Positions 17,122 through 24,000 of a DNA stretch of 24,000 nt are shown piece after piece. Below the pieces are notes generated by a model. It had not been told where the DNA came from, made no database searches, and was given only the letters and a program-made list of their open reading frames with translations. The DNA comes from Stella humosa (GTDB lineage: Bacteria; Pseudomonadota; Alphaproteobacteria; ATCC43930; Allostellaceae), in contig NZ_AP019700.1 in assembly GCF_006738645.1 (NCBI RefSeq), forward strand, positions 5,242,351 to 5,266,350, in the 5' to 3' direction. How positions within the stretch are numbered: position 1 is the first letter of the stretch; every line of letters starts with the position of its first letter. The position numbers were made by a program, and so were the translations under genes.

Positions 17122-18954
17122 ATGGCCCGATTTCGCGAGCGGCGCGGCGGCTTCGACATCTGGCCCGGGTTCGTCGATGCCCTGACCCAGCTGCTGATGG
17201 TGGTCATCTTCATCGTGCTGGTGTTCACGGTGAGCCACTTCTACCTGGGCACGGCGCTGGAAGGGCGCGACGCCACCGTGGAGCGGCTGAACCGCCAGGT
17301 GAGCGAGCTGGCCGACATGCTGGCCCTGGAGCGCACGACCGCCGAGGACCTGAAATCCGGCAACGAGCGCCTGACGCTGGCACTCGACGGCGCCACCAAG
17401 GAGCGGGCGACGCTGGCGGGCCAGCTCACGGCGCTGCTGGCCGAGCGGGACCAACTGGCCGCCCAGGCGACCGAGCGCACGGCCGAGCGCGACCGGGCGC
17501 GGACCGACCTGGCCGCGCGGTCGACCGACCTTGCCACCCGCACCGGCGAGCGCGACCAGCTTGCCCGCAACCTGACCGCGGCCGAAGCGCGGATGACGGC
17601 GGCCGCCGCCGACATCGCCCAGCTGGAGGCAGCCCAGGCCGCCGCCCAACGGACCGTGACCGCGGACAAGGCGACCATCGAGACCCAGTTGCGCGACCTG
17701 GCGCGCCTGGCCCGCGACCTGGAGGCGCTGCGCACCCTGCGCGCCGACCTGGAGCGGCGGATCGCCAACCTGTCAGCGACGCTGGCCGAGACGACGCGGG
17801 TCGCCACCGAGATCGACAGCGACCGGGCGCGCCGCCTCCGCGAGCTGTCCGAGCAGGCGACGGCCGCCGAGGCCGCCCGCACCCGCATCGCCGGCCTGGA
17901 AGAGCAGATGGCCCGGCGCGAACGCGCCCTGACCCAGGGGGCAACCGCCCTGACCGAGGCCCAGCGCCGCGGCGAAGCCCTGGCCAAGGAAAGCGAGAGC
18001 CGCGCGGCCGATATCGCCCGGCTGGAGCGGCAGGTGCGCGAGCTGGCCTCGGCCGTGGCCGAGCGCGATGCCCGCATCCGCGCGCTGTCCGGCGCCATCG
18101 ACGACGAGACCGCGCGGCGCCAGGCCGACGCCCGTACCGCCCAGCAGGCCGCAGGCGCGCTGCGCGACCGGGCGAAGGAACTGGAGGCCCGACTGGCCGG
18201 CGAGCAGGAGCGCACCCTGCTGGCGCAGCGCACGATCGAGGAGAACGCGGTGCGCCTGCGCGCCATCTTCGAGCGGGCCGAGCGTGGCGAGCGGGAACTG
18301 GAGGCCGAGCGCAAGGCCGGCGGCACGGCCCGCGAATCGGTCCGCAGCCTGTCGGTCGAGCTGGAGGCCCTGAAGGGCGAACTGGCCAAGCTGAACGCGG
18401 TGCTGGAGGCATCCGAGGTCAAGAACAAGGCCCAGCAGGTGCAGATCGTCGACCTCGGCAGCCGCCTCAACCAGGCGCTGGCGAGCAAGGTCGAGGAGCT
18501 GTCGCGCTATCGCTCGGAATTCTTCGGTCGCATGCGCACGTTGCTGGCCGACCGCCCGGATGTGGAGATCGTCGGCGACCGCTTCGTCTTCCCGGCCGAG
18601 GTCCTGTTCGCCGTCGGCTCCCCCGACCTCAACGAAACCGGCAAGGCGCGGATGGCCGACCTGGCGCGGACGCTCAAGGACATCGCCGCCACCATCCCGC
18701 CCGACCTGCCCTGGATCCTGCGCGTGGACGGCCACACCGACCGCTCGCGCGTGCGCTCGCCGATCTTCCGCAACAACTGGGACCTGTCGGCGGCGCGCGC
18801 CATCAACGTGGTGCAGTTCCTGATCGAGCAGGGCATTCCGGCCAACCGCCTGGCGGCCACCGGCTTCGGCGAATTCCAGCCGATCGACCCCGGCGGCAGC
18901 GAGCAGGCCTTCACCCGCAACCGCCGAATCGAGATGAAGCTGACCGAGCGGTAG
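17122..18954 (+). CDS. MotB-like protein: N-terminal TM anchor with conserved Asp, approximately 420-aa coiled coil, C-terminal OmpA_C/MotB peptidoglycan-binding domain
   Basis: ORF 17011..18954, trimmed to ATG 17122, 19 nt after the upstream stop. MARFRERRGGFDIWPGFVDALTQLLMVVIFIVLVF is a MotB/TolR/ExbD-style Asp-plus-TM. Residues about 45-465 are Ala/Arg/Glu/Leu helix. The C-terminus GDRFVFPAEVLF...LRVDGHTDRSRV...NWDLSAARAINVVQFLIEQGIPANRLAATGFGEFQP...NRRIEMKL is an OmpA_C domain. Confidence 0.8.
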   Translation: MARFRERRGGFDIWPGFVDALTQLLMVVIFIVLVFTVSHFYLGTALEGRDATVERLNRQVSELADMLALERTTAEDLKSGNERLTLALDGATKERATLAGQLTALLAERDQLAAQATERTAERDRARTDLAARSTDLATRTGERDQLARNLTAAEARMTAAAADIAQLEAAQAAAQRTVTADKATIETQLRDLARLARDLEALRTLRADLERRIANLSATLAETTRVATEIDSDRARRLRELSEQATAAEAARTRIAGLEEQMARRERALTQGATALTEAQRRGEALAKESESRAADIARLERQVRELASAVAERDARIRALSGAIDDETARRQADARTAQQAAGALRDRAKELEARLAGEQERTLLAQRTIEENAVRLRAIFERAERGERELEAERKAGGTARESVRSLSVELEALKGELAKLNAVLEASEVKNKAQQVQIVDLGSRLNQALASKVEELSRYRSEFFGRMRTLLADRPDVEIVGDRFVFPAEVLFAVGSPDLNETGKARMADLARTLKDIAATIPPDLPWILRVDGHTDRSRVRSPIFRNNWDLSAARAINVVQFLIEQGIPANRLAATGFGEFQPIDPGGSEQAFTRNRRIEMKLTER

Positions 18955-18961
18955 GGCGCGC

Positions 18962-19285
18962 TTACGCCGCCGCGGCCGGAATGGCCACGCCGAGATCAGC
19001 CGACAGCACGTCCTCCAACACTTCGTTCCCGCGGGTGGAAACCCAGCGCCCACCCGCCTCGTCCGGCGCGAAGTGCCAGGCGCCGGAGCGCGGCGAGGAC
19101 AGCCAGATCTCGCGGTTGGGGGCGTGCTTGTTGACGACGAAGGTGCCGGTGTCATCGACCTCGATGGTCAGGATGCCGTCGCGCAGCTCGCAGTCGGCGT
19201 CCGGGCAGGCGCCCTCGATCGCGTCCATCAGGTGGCGCAGGGTACGCTCGGCCAGGGCCGAGAAGGTGCGTTCGTCGATGGCCAT
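18962..19285 (-). CDS. cyaY: Iron-sulfur cluster assembly protein CyaY (frataxin homologue)
   Basis: ORF 18962..19408, trimmed to ATG 19285. MAIDERTFSALAERTLRHLMDAIE...DGILTIEVDDTGTFVVNKHAPNREIWLSSPRSGAWHF is the CyaY/frataxin pattern. 107 aa. Confidence 0.85.
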   Translation of the reverse strand: MAIDERTFSALAERTLRHLMDAIEGACPDADCELRDGILTIEVDDTGTFVVNKHAPNREIWLSSPRSGAWHFAPDEAGGRWVSTRGNEVLEDVLSADLGVAIPAAAA

Positions 19286-19342
19286 GGCGGGTCTCCTGGC
19301 ATCCGGAATCGGGGCCGGCACCATAGGGCGGCGGCGCGCGCC

Positions 19343-19371
19343 TTGCATCCCCGGCGGGCTTCCGATATAAG
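19343..19371 (+). promoter_or_regulatory. Candidate sigma70-type promoter of rpmE
   Basis: TTGCAT (19343-19348), a 17-nt spacer, then TATAAG (19366-19371). This is followed by GAGGAG (19383-19388) and ATG 19395. Confidence 0.45.
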
Positions 19372-19394
19372 CGCGCGCTTCCGAGGAGCCCCAC

Positions 19395-19643
19395 ATGAAG
19401 CCCAACATCCATCCCGACTATCACGAGATCACGATCATCGAGACCGATGGATCGACCTTCACCACCCGGTCGACCTGGGGCAAGGCGGGGGATTCGATGC
19501 GGCTCGACGTCGACACCAAGTCCCACCCGGCGTGGACCGGCGGCCAGGCGCGCCTGAACGACGCCGGCGGCCAGCTCGCCCGCTTCAACAAGCGGTTCGC
19601 CGGCATGGGCCTGCGCACCGGCCCGGACGCCAACAAGGCCTGA
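19395..19643 (+). CDS. rpmE: 50S ribosomal protein L31
   Basis: ORF 19395..19643, 82 aa. MKPNIHPDYHEIT...SHPAWTGGQ...RFNKRF is the L31 signature. It is the Cys-less form. Confidence 0.95.
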   Translation: MKPNIHPDYHEITIIETDGSTFTTRSTWGKAGDSMRLDVDTKSHPAWTGGQARLNDAGGQLARFNKRFAGMGLRTGPDANKA

Positions 19644-19651
19644 TACCGCCT

Positions 19652-19680
19652 GGCGGCGGCCCTTTCGAGGGGCCGCCGCC
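19652..19680 (+). terminator. GC-rich hairpin after rpmE (possible terminator, weak U-tract)
   Basis: GGCGGCGGCCC (19652-19662) pairs perfectly with GGGCCGCCGCC (19670-19680) around a 7-nt loop, starting 9 nt after the stop. The downstream sequence AAGGTGTTGAAA is not a clean T-run. Confidence 0.4.
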
Positions 19681-19696
19681 AAGGTGTTGAAAGGGT

Positions 19697-19724
19697 CTTG
19701 AACGGCCCGGTCGTCTTCCTATCT
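19697..19724 (+). promoter_or_regulatory. RpoH (sigma32)-type heat-shock promoter
   Basis: CTTG (19697-19700), a 17-nt spacer, then CCTATCT (19718-19724). This is an exact fit to the alphaproteobacterial heat-shock consensus CTTG-N17-CYTATNT, about 95 nt upstream of a small heat-shock gene. Confidence 0.6.
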
Positions 19725-19730
19725 CCTGTG

Positions 19731-19822
19731 AGTGTCGGGCGCCCCTCGGGGGCCCGGCAGACCAGATCCAGCCCGATGTCGGGTGGATCGACGTCCCTTT
19801 GCTCATTGAGGATGTGGACATG
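19731..19822 (+). promoter_or_regulatory. ROSE-like RNA thermometer 5' UTR of hsp20
   Basis: The roughly 90-nt leader has three hairpins: 19735-19758, 19765-19789 and 19793-19819. The last one pairs CUUUGCUC with the SD GAGGA (19808-19812), with a bulged G (19801), a U-U opposition and a 3-nt loop. The AUG (19820) abuts the stem base. The UUGCU anti-SD with a bulged G is the ROSE hallmark. Confidence 0.5.
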
Positions 19823-20272
19823 ACGAATTTCGACTTTGCGCCGCTGTTCCGTTCCACGGTCGGCTTCGACCGCATGATGCGGCTGCTTGAGACCCAGGCC
19901 GGCGAAGCGCCGTCCTACCCCCCCTACAATATCGAGAAGACCGGCGACGACGCCTACCGCATCACCATGGCGGTGGCAGGCTTTGCGGCCGCCGACCTTG
20001 AGGTCGTGGTGCGCGAGAACACGCTGACGGTGGTCGGCCGCGGCACGCCCGACGCCGATGGCACCAAGTTCCTGCATCGCGGCATCGCGCGCCGTGCCTT
20101 CGAGCGCCGGTTCGAGCTGGCCGATTCGATCAAGGTCGTGGGCTCGGCGCTGGACAACGGCCTGCTCCATATCGAGTTGAAGCGCGAGATTCCGGAATCC
20201 GCCAAGCCGCGGACCATTCCGATCGCCGCTGCCAACCAGCCGCAGGCCTACATCGACCAGAAGGCCGCCTGA
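19820..20272 (+). CDS. Hsp20/alpha-crystallin family small heat-shock protein (IbpA-like)
   Basis: ORF 19799..20272, trimmed to ATG 19820, 7 nt after GAGGA. PPYNIEKTGDDAYRITMAVAGFAAADLEVVVRENTLTVVG...FERRFELAD...V.GA.L.NGLLHIEL is an alpha-crystallin domain. Confidence 0.9.
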   Translation: MTNFDFAPLFRSTVGFDRMMRLLETQAGEAPSYPPYNIEKTGDDAYRITMAVAGFAAADLEVVVRENTLTVVGRGTPDADGTKFLHRGIARRAFERRFELADSIKVVGSALDNGLLHIELKREIPESAKPRTIPIAAANQPQAYIDQKAA

Positions 20273-20308
20273 ACGTCCCTGCGGACGCATCAAGCGCGCT
20301 GACGACTG

Positions 20309-20338
20309 CCCCGCCCGGGATCGCCCGGGCGGGGTTTT
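20309..20338 (+). terminator. Rho-independent terminator of hsp20
   Basis: CCCCGCCCGGG (20309-20319), loop ATCG, CCCGGGCGGGG (20324-20334), followed by TTTT (20335-20338). It abuts the stop codon of the convergent thioesterase gene (20340). Confidence 0.75.
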
Positions 20339-20339
20339 C

Positions 20340-20783
20340 TCATTCCAGGGGGACGGCGATGGCGGCAAGCGCCGCGCGCATCGCGGGCGGGATCGGCGTC
20401 GGGCGCCGGCTCTCGCGGTCGACGAAGACATGGACGAAATGGCCCTCGGCCGCCGCCTCGTCGTCGCCCGCGCGGAACAGGCCGATCTCGTAGCGGACGC
20501 TGGAATTGCCGAGCCGGCCGACGCGCAGGCCGGCGTCGATGACCTCGGGATAGGCCAGCGCCTTGCGGAAGCGGCACATGCTCTCGGCCACGATGCCGAT
20601 GACCGGACCGGCGGCGAAATCGAGCCCGCCCGCATGCACGAGGTAGAGGTTCACGACGGTGTCGAAGTACGAATAGTAGACGACGTTGTTCACGTGCCCA
20701 TAGACGTCGTTGTCCATCCAGCGCGTCGGCACCTGGCGAAAATGGCCGTAGCCGTCCCGCCGCCCGATTCCCGTTTCGGCCAT
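20340..20783 (-). CDS. Hotdog-fold acyl-CoA thioesterase (4HBT/YbgC-FadM-like)
   Basis: ORF 20340..21086, trimmed to ATG 20783. [45 protein letters not shown] contains the catalytic D-x-x-GHVNN pattern. The upstream ORF part overlaps the hydrolase gene. Confidence 0.8.
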   Translation of the reverse strand: MAETGIGRRDGYGHFRQVPTRWMDNDVYGHVNNVVYYSYFDTVVNLYLVHAGGLDFAAGPVIGIVAESMCRFRKALAYPEVIDAGLRVGRLGNSSVRYEIGLFRAGDDEAAAEGHFVHVFVDRESRRPTPIPPAMRAALAAIAVPLE

Positions 20784-20794
20784 GCCTCGCCCCT

Positions 20795-21583
20795 CTAGAA
20801 GATTTCGGCCAGCGCCGACAGGGTCTCGTCCGGCCGCTCGGTCATGATCATGTGGCCCGCCCCCGCCAGGACGACCGTGCGGGCGCCCGCAATCGCCTGG
20901 CCCAACGGCCGCGCCCGGCCGGCCGGCGTCATCCGGTCCTCGGCCCCCAGCAGCAGCAGGGTCGGGCAGGCGACGGCAGCGGCCGCCGCGAGCGCCCCGC
21001 CATAGGCAGCGCAGGCCTCCAGGTCGGTCGCCAGGGTCTCCGGGTCGGCCTCGCCGATCAGGCGGATGCCGCCCGCCACCATCCACAGGCCGGGCGCGCG
21101 GTGGCCGCCCAACTGGGCACGCGGGCCGAAACCCCAGGAGCTCATCAGTTCCGGCGCCAGGGGGCCGCCGGCACGGGCGGCCGCCACGAGGTCGGGATGG
21201 ACCGGCATGTCCGGGGTGACGCCCAGCAGCGCCAGCGCACGGAAGCGGTCGGGAGCGGCGGCGACCCCGGCCAGCGCCACCAGGGCCCCCATGCTGTGCC
21301 CGCCGATCGCCACCCGGTCCGCGCCGGCGGCATCCAGGAGGGCCAGCACCCAGCGCCCCATGTCGGGGATGGAGGCAAGCCCCGGTCCCGCCGACCGGCC
21401 ATGGCCCGGCAGGTCGACCGCCAGCACCGAGCGGCCATGATGGGCGAGCCAGCGCGTCTGCAGCCCCCAGGCGGTATGGTCCATCCCGGCCCCATGCAGG
21501 AGCAGTACCGGCGCGCGGGCGGGATCGAACGGCTTGCCGCCGGTGGCGGCGAAGACCCGGCGGCCGTCTACGAGCAGATCCAT
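20795..21583 (-). CDS. Alpha/beta-fold hydrolase
   Basis: ORF 20795..21583, 262 aa. Oxyanion-hole LLLHGAGMD, nucleophile elbow GGHSMGA, C-terminal GAGHMIM His motif. Confidence 0.85.
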   Translation of the reverse strand: MDLLVDGRRVFAATGGKPFDPARAPVLLLHGAGMDHTAWGLQTRWLAHHGRSVLAVDLPGHGRSAGPGLASIPDMGRWVLALLDAAGADRVAIGGHSMGALVALAGVAAAPDRFRALALLGVTPDMPVHPDLVAAARAGGPLAPELMSSWGFGPRAQLGGHRAPGLWMVAGGIRLIGEADPETLATDLEACAAYGGALAAAAAVACPTLLLLGAEDRMTPAGRARPLGQAIAGARTVVLAGAGHMIMTERPDETLSALAEIF

Positions 21584-21596
21584 CGCGCCTGCCCCC

Positions 21597-22916
21597 TCAG
21601 CCCTTGACCGGTGCCGGCTGGGTCGCGCGCTCGGCCGCGCGCAGCGCCTGCTTCAGGTCGTCGATGATGTCGCCCGCATCCTCCAGCCCGACCGACAGGC
21701 GGATCATGTCCTCGCCCACCCCGGCCGCCGCCAGCGCCTCGGCATCGAGCTGCTGGTGGGTGGTGCTGGCCGGGTGGATCACCAGCGTCTTGGCGTCGCC
21801 GACATTGGCCAGGTGCGAGACCAGCCCCAGCCGGTCGATGAAGACGCGGCCGGCCTCGCGCCCGCCCTTGATGCCGAAGGCGATCATGCTGCCCGCCCCG
21901 CGGGGCATCAGGCGCCGGGCCAGCGCATGGTCGGGATGGTCGGGCAGGTCGGGGTGGCAGACCCAGGCGACCTGCGGGGCGGCCTTGAGGAAATCCAGGA
22001 TCGCGCGGGTGTTGGCGACGTGCCGGTCCATGCGGAGCGGCAGCGTCTCGATCCCTTGCAGGATGTGGAAGGCGTTGGTCGGCGACATGGCCGCGCCGAA
22101 GTCGCGCAGGCCCTCGGCGCGGGCGCGCATGATGAAGGCGAGCGGGCCGTACTCCTCGGCGAAGTCGATGCCGTGATAGCCGGCATAGGGCTCGGTCAGG
22201 GTCGGGAAGCGGCCCGAGCCTTCCCAGTCGAAGCGGCCGGAATCGACGATGACACCACCGATCGCCACGCCATGCCCGCCCATCCACTTGGTGGCCGAAT
22301 GCATCACCAGGTCGGCGCCATGGTCCATCGACCGGCAGAGATAGGGGGTGGAGAAGGTGGCATCGACCAGCAGCGGCAGGCCGTGGGCATGGGCCACCGC
22401 CGACAGGGCCGGCAGGTCGACGATCTCCAGCCCCGGATTGCCCACCGTCTCGACGAACACCAGCCGGGTTTCCGGCCGCATGGCGCGGGCGAACGCCTCG
22501 GGGTCGCGCGGCGGCACGAAGGTCGTCTCGATGCCGAAGCGCGGCAGGGTCAGCTTCAGCAGGTTGATGCTGCCGCCATAGAGCGAGGCTGCTGCCACGA
22601 TATGGCCGCCCGCCCCCATCAGGGTGGCGATGGCGAGGTGCAGGGCCGCCTGGCCGCTGGCGGTGCAGATGGCCCCCACCCCGCCCTCGAGCGCGGCGAT
22701 GCGCTCTTCCAACACCGCCACGGTGGGGTTGGAGATGCGCGAATAGATATGGCCGGGCCGTTCGAGGTTGAACAGCGAGGCGGCGTGGTCCGTGCTCTGG
22801 AACACGAACGAGGTCGTCTGATAGATGGGCACGGCGCGCGCGCCATGGACCGGATCGGGCTGCTGGCCGGCATGGAGGCTGAGCGTGTGGAAACCTGGAA
22901 ACTTGGGCTCGGCCAT
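21597..22916 (-). CDS. metY: O-acetylhomoserine aminocarboxypropyltransferase/sulfhydrylase (PLP-dependent, Cys/Met metabolism family)
   Basis: ORF 21597..23381, trimmed to ATG 22916, which has GAGGA 8 nt upstream. [39 protein letters not shown]...YSRISNPT...[13 protein letters not shown]...[15 protein letters not shown] contains the PLP Lys. Confidence 0.9.
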   Translation of the reverse strand: MAEPKFPGFHTLSLHAGQQPDPVHGARAVPIYQTTSFVFQSTDHAASLFNLERPGHIYSRISNPTVAVLEERIAALEGGVGAICTASGQAALHLAIATLMGAGGHIVAAASLYGGSINLLKLTLPRFGIETTFVPPRDPEAFARAMRPETRLVFVETVGNPGLEIVDLPALSAVAHAHGLPLLVDATFSTPYLCRSMDHGADLVMHSATKWMGGHGVAIGGVIVDSGRFDWEGSGRFPTLTEPYAGYHGIDFAEEYGPLAFIMRARAEGLRDFGAAMSPTNAFHILQGIETLPLRMDRHVANTRAILDFLKAAPQVAWVCHPDLPDHPDHALARRLMPRGAGSMIAFGIKGGREAGRVFIDRLGLVSHLANVGDAKTLVIHPASTTHQQLDAEALAAAGVGEDMIRLSVGLEDAGDIIDDLKQALRAAERATQPAPVKG

Positions 22917-22985
22917 GGTCCCCATCCTCGATCGTCGGGCCGGCACCATACACGGGCCGCATGGCCGCCCGGAAGCCTCGCCCGC

Positions 22986-23663
22986 ATGATCCTGGCGGGC
23001 GTCGACGGCTGCCGCGGCGGCTGGATCATGGTCGCCCGCGACATGGCGACGGACGATTGGCGCGTCCATCACTTCGCCCGCTGGGACGAGCGGCCGCCGG
23101 CCGACCTGACGGCGGTCGACATGCCGATCGGCCTGCCGGACAGCGGCCAGCGCGGCTGCGACTTCGCGGCCCGGGGGCTGCTGGGCCGCCATCGCCAAGC
23201 CAGCGTCTTCATCGGCCTGCGCCGGCCGCTGCTCGATTTCGCCGACTATCCCACGGCCAACGCCTGGGCCAAGGCCGACGGGTCCGGCCTGTCGAAACAG
23301 GCCTGGTTCCTGCTGCCGCGGATTGCCGAGATCGACCGGGCGATGGGCCCCGCCGATCAGGAACGGGTCCGGGAATGCCATCCCGAACTGGCCTTCCTGC
23401 GCCTGGCGGGCGAGCCGCTGGTACAGTCCAAGCGCACGGCGGAAGGGCTGGAGCGCCGGCGCCGGCTGCTGGAGGCGGCCGGCATCGACACCAGCCGGCT
23501 GCTGACTGGCCTCGATCGCCGCATGGCAGCGGCCGACGACCTGTTCGACGCCGCCGCCATCTGCCTGACCGCCGGCCGCATCGCCGCCGGCAGCGCCACA
23601 CGCCTGCCGGCCGGCGACCCGCCCGCGGACGGCCGGGGCTTGCGCATGGAGATCTGGTACTGA
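22986..23663 (+). CDS. DUF429-like protein (predicted RNase H-fold nuclease family)
   Basis: Last 225 codons of the 709-aa ORF 21534..23663, from ATG 22986. MILAGVDGCRGGWIMV...AVDMPIGLP...R.CD..AR.LLG.R.SSVF...HPELAF resembles DUF429. The preceding part of the ORF is antisense to metY and non-coding in character. Confidence 0.6.
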   Translation: MILAGVDGCRGGWIMVARDMATDDWRVHHFARWDERPPADLTAVDMPIGLPDSGQRGCDFAARGLLGRHRQASVFIGLRRPLLDFADYPTANAWAKADGSGLSKQAWFLLPRIAEIDRAMGPADQERVRECHPELAFLRLAGEPLVQSKRTAEGLERRRRLLEAAGIDTSRLLTGLDRRMAAADDLFDAAAICLTAGRIAAGSATRLPAGDPPADGRGLRMEIWY

Positions 23664-23669
23664 CGGCCG

Positions 23670-24000
23670 CTATGCCGGGGCGATGGCGGTCGCCCCAAGC
23701 CATTCGGCCAGGCCCAGCATGGTCGGATGCACCTCGTGGGCGCCGGCGGCACGCAGCCGATGGCCCAGTTCCACATCGGCATGCGCGCCGCCGGTGAATC
23801 CCACCACCGCCATGCCGGCGCGGCGCGCGGCCGTGGTGCCGGCAACCGAATCCTCGATCACCAGGCAATCGGCCGGGTCGACCCCCATCTGCGAGGCCGC
23901 GAACAGGAAGACGTCCGGAGCCGGCTTGCCGCGCTTCACCTGGCTGGCCGAGAAGACCGATGGGCCAAAGAGGTCGATCAGGCCGGCCGTCGTCAGGTTC
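23670..24000 (-). CDS. HAD-superfamily hydrolase (subfamily IA-like), 5' end outside window
   Basis: ORF 23670..23939 continues in frame to the window edge (hand translation ...[35 protein letters not shown]...[24 protein letters not shown]). These are HAD motifs III (K) and IV (ED). Confidence 0.8.
   Translation of the reverse strand, partial: NLTTAGLIDLFGPSVFSASQVKRGKPAPDVFLFAASQMGVDPADCLVIEDSVAGTTAARRAGMAVVGFTGGAHADVELGHRLRAAGAHEVHPTMLGLAEWLGATAIAPA

Noticed and set aside
15960-18954. Classifying the MotA/MotB-like pair as a Zorya (ZorAB) anti-phage system
   Set aside because: The tail on the MotA-like subunit is reminiscent of ZorA. However, no ZorC/ZorD/ZorE-type genes follow, because the operon ends against a convergent cyaY. 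The tail is also much shorter than in ZorA, and the neighbourhood is housekeeping rather than a defence island. I kept it as an unassigned stator-like system instead.
15717-19155. Three long minus-strand ORFs (15717-17228, 17241-18488, 17773-19155) opposite the MotA/MotB-like genes
   Set aside because: Arg/Ser/Ala/Pro-rich low-complexity translations. The plus-strand frames carry TM helices, heptad repeats and an OmpA domain. Coiled-coil coding DNA with GC-rich codons routinely leaves the antisense frames open.
19395-19643. L31 lacking the CxxC zinc motifs as evidence of a zinc-starvation paralogue
   Set aside because: I recall Cys-less L31 as the standard housekeeping form in alphaproteobacteria. 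The gene has a strong promoter and SD and no Zur-box-like element upstream.
21534-22985. N-terminal two-thirds of the 709-aa plus-strand ORF
   Set aside because: Antisense to metY and without coding character. Only the segment from ATG 22986 (DUF429-like) looks real.
22917-22985. Possible SAM-II riboswitch in front of metY
   Set aside because: The leader can be at most 69 nt. It is GC-rich and lacks the U-rich tract and AAAGCU-type pseudoknot elements expected for SAM-II.

Overview
GC-rich, alphaproteobacterium-like chromosomal core segment; codon third positions are almost uniformly G/C. I support 29 protein-coding genes and 1 candidate small RNA. I saw no rRNA, tRNA, CRISPR, IS or prophage signal. 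Layout: (i) minus-strand yebC-ruvC-ruvA-ruvB-ybgC-tolQ (1-4082). (ii) An amidase-signature enzyme (+, 4292-5725). (iii) A minus-strand cell-division/6S block (5732-7966): ZauP-like coiled-coil ORF, zapA, candidate 6S RNA (ssrS), 5-formyl-THF cyclo-ligase, YmdB-like metallophosphoesterase. (iv) Plus-strand tkt-gap-[unknown 143-aa ORF where pgk usually sits]-class I fba-thiE-efp-suhB (8127-14905). (v) The most unusual locus is a three-gene operon (15015-18954). It encodes a secreted Pro/Ala-rich OmpA-domain protein with an apparent frameshift, a 4-TM MotA/TolQ/ExbB-like channel protein with a long C-terminal coiled-coil tail, and a MotB-like protein with a TM Asp, about 420 aa of coiled coil and an OmpA_C peptidoglycan-binding domain. 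No flagellar, Tol, TonB or Zorya partner genes adjoin it. (vi) cyaY (-), rpmE (+), then a sigma32-type promoter, a ROSE-like RNA thermometer and hsp20 (+). (vii) Minus-strand metY, alpha/beta hydrolase and hotdog thioesterase; a DUF429-like ORF (+); a truncated HAD hydrolase (-). Many long ORFs in the six-frame track are antisense shadow ORFs typical of high-GC DNA and were discarded. All homology calls rest on motif recognition by eye; no database search was run.
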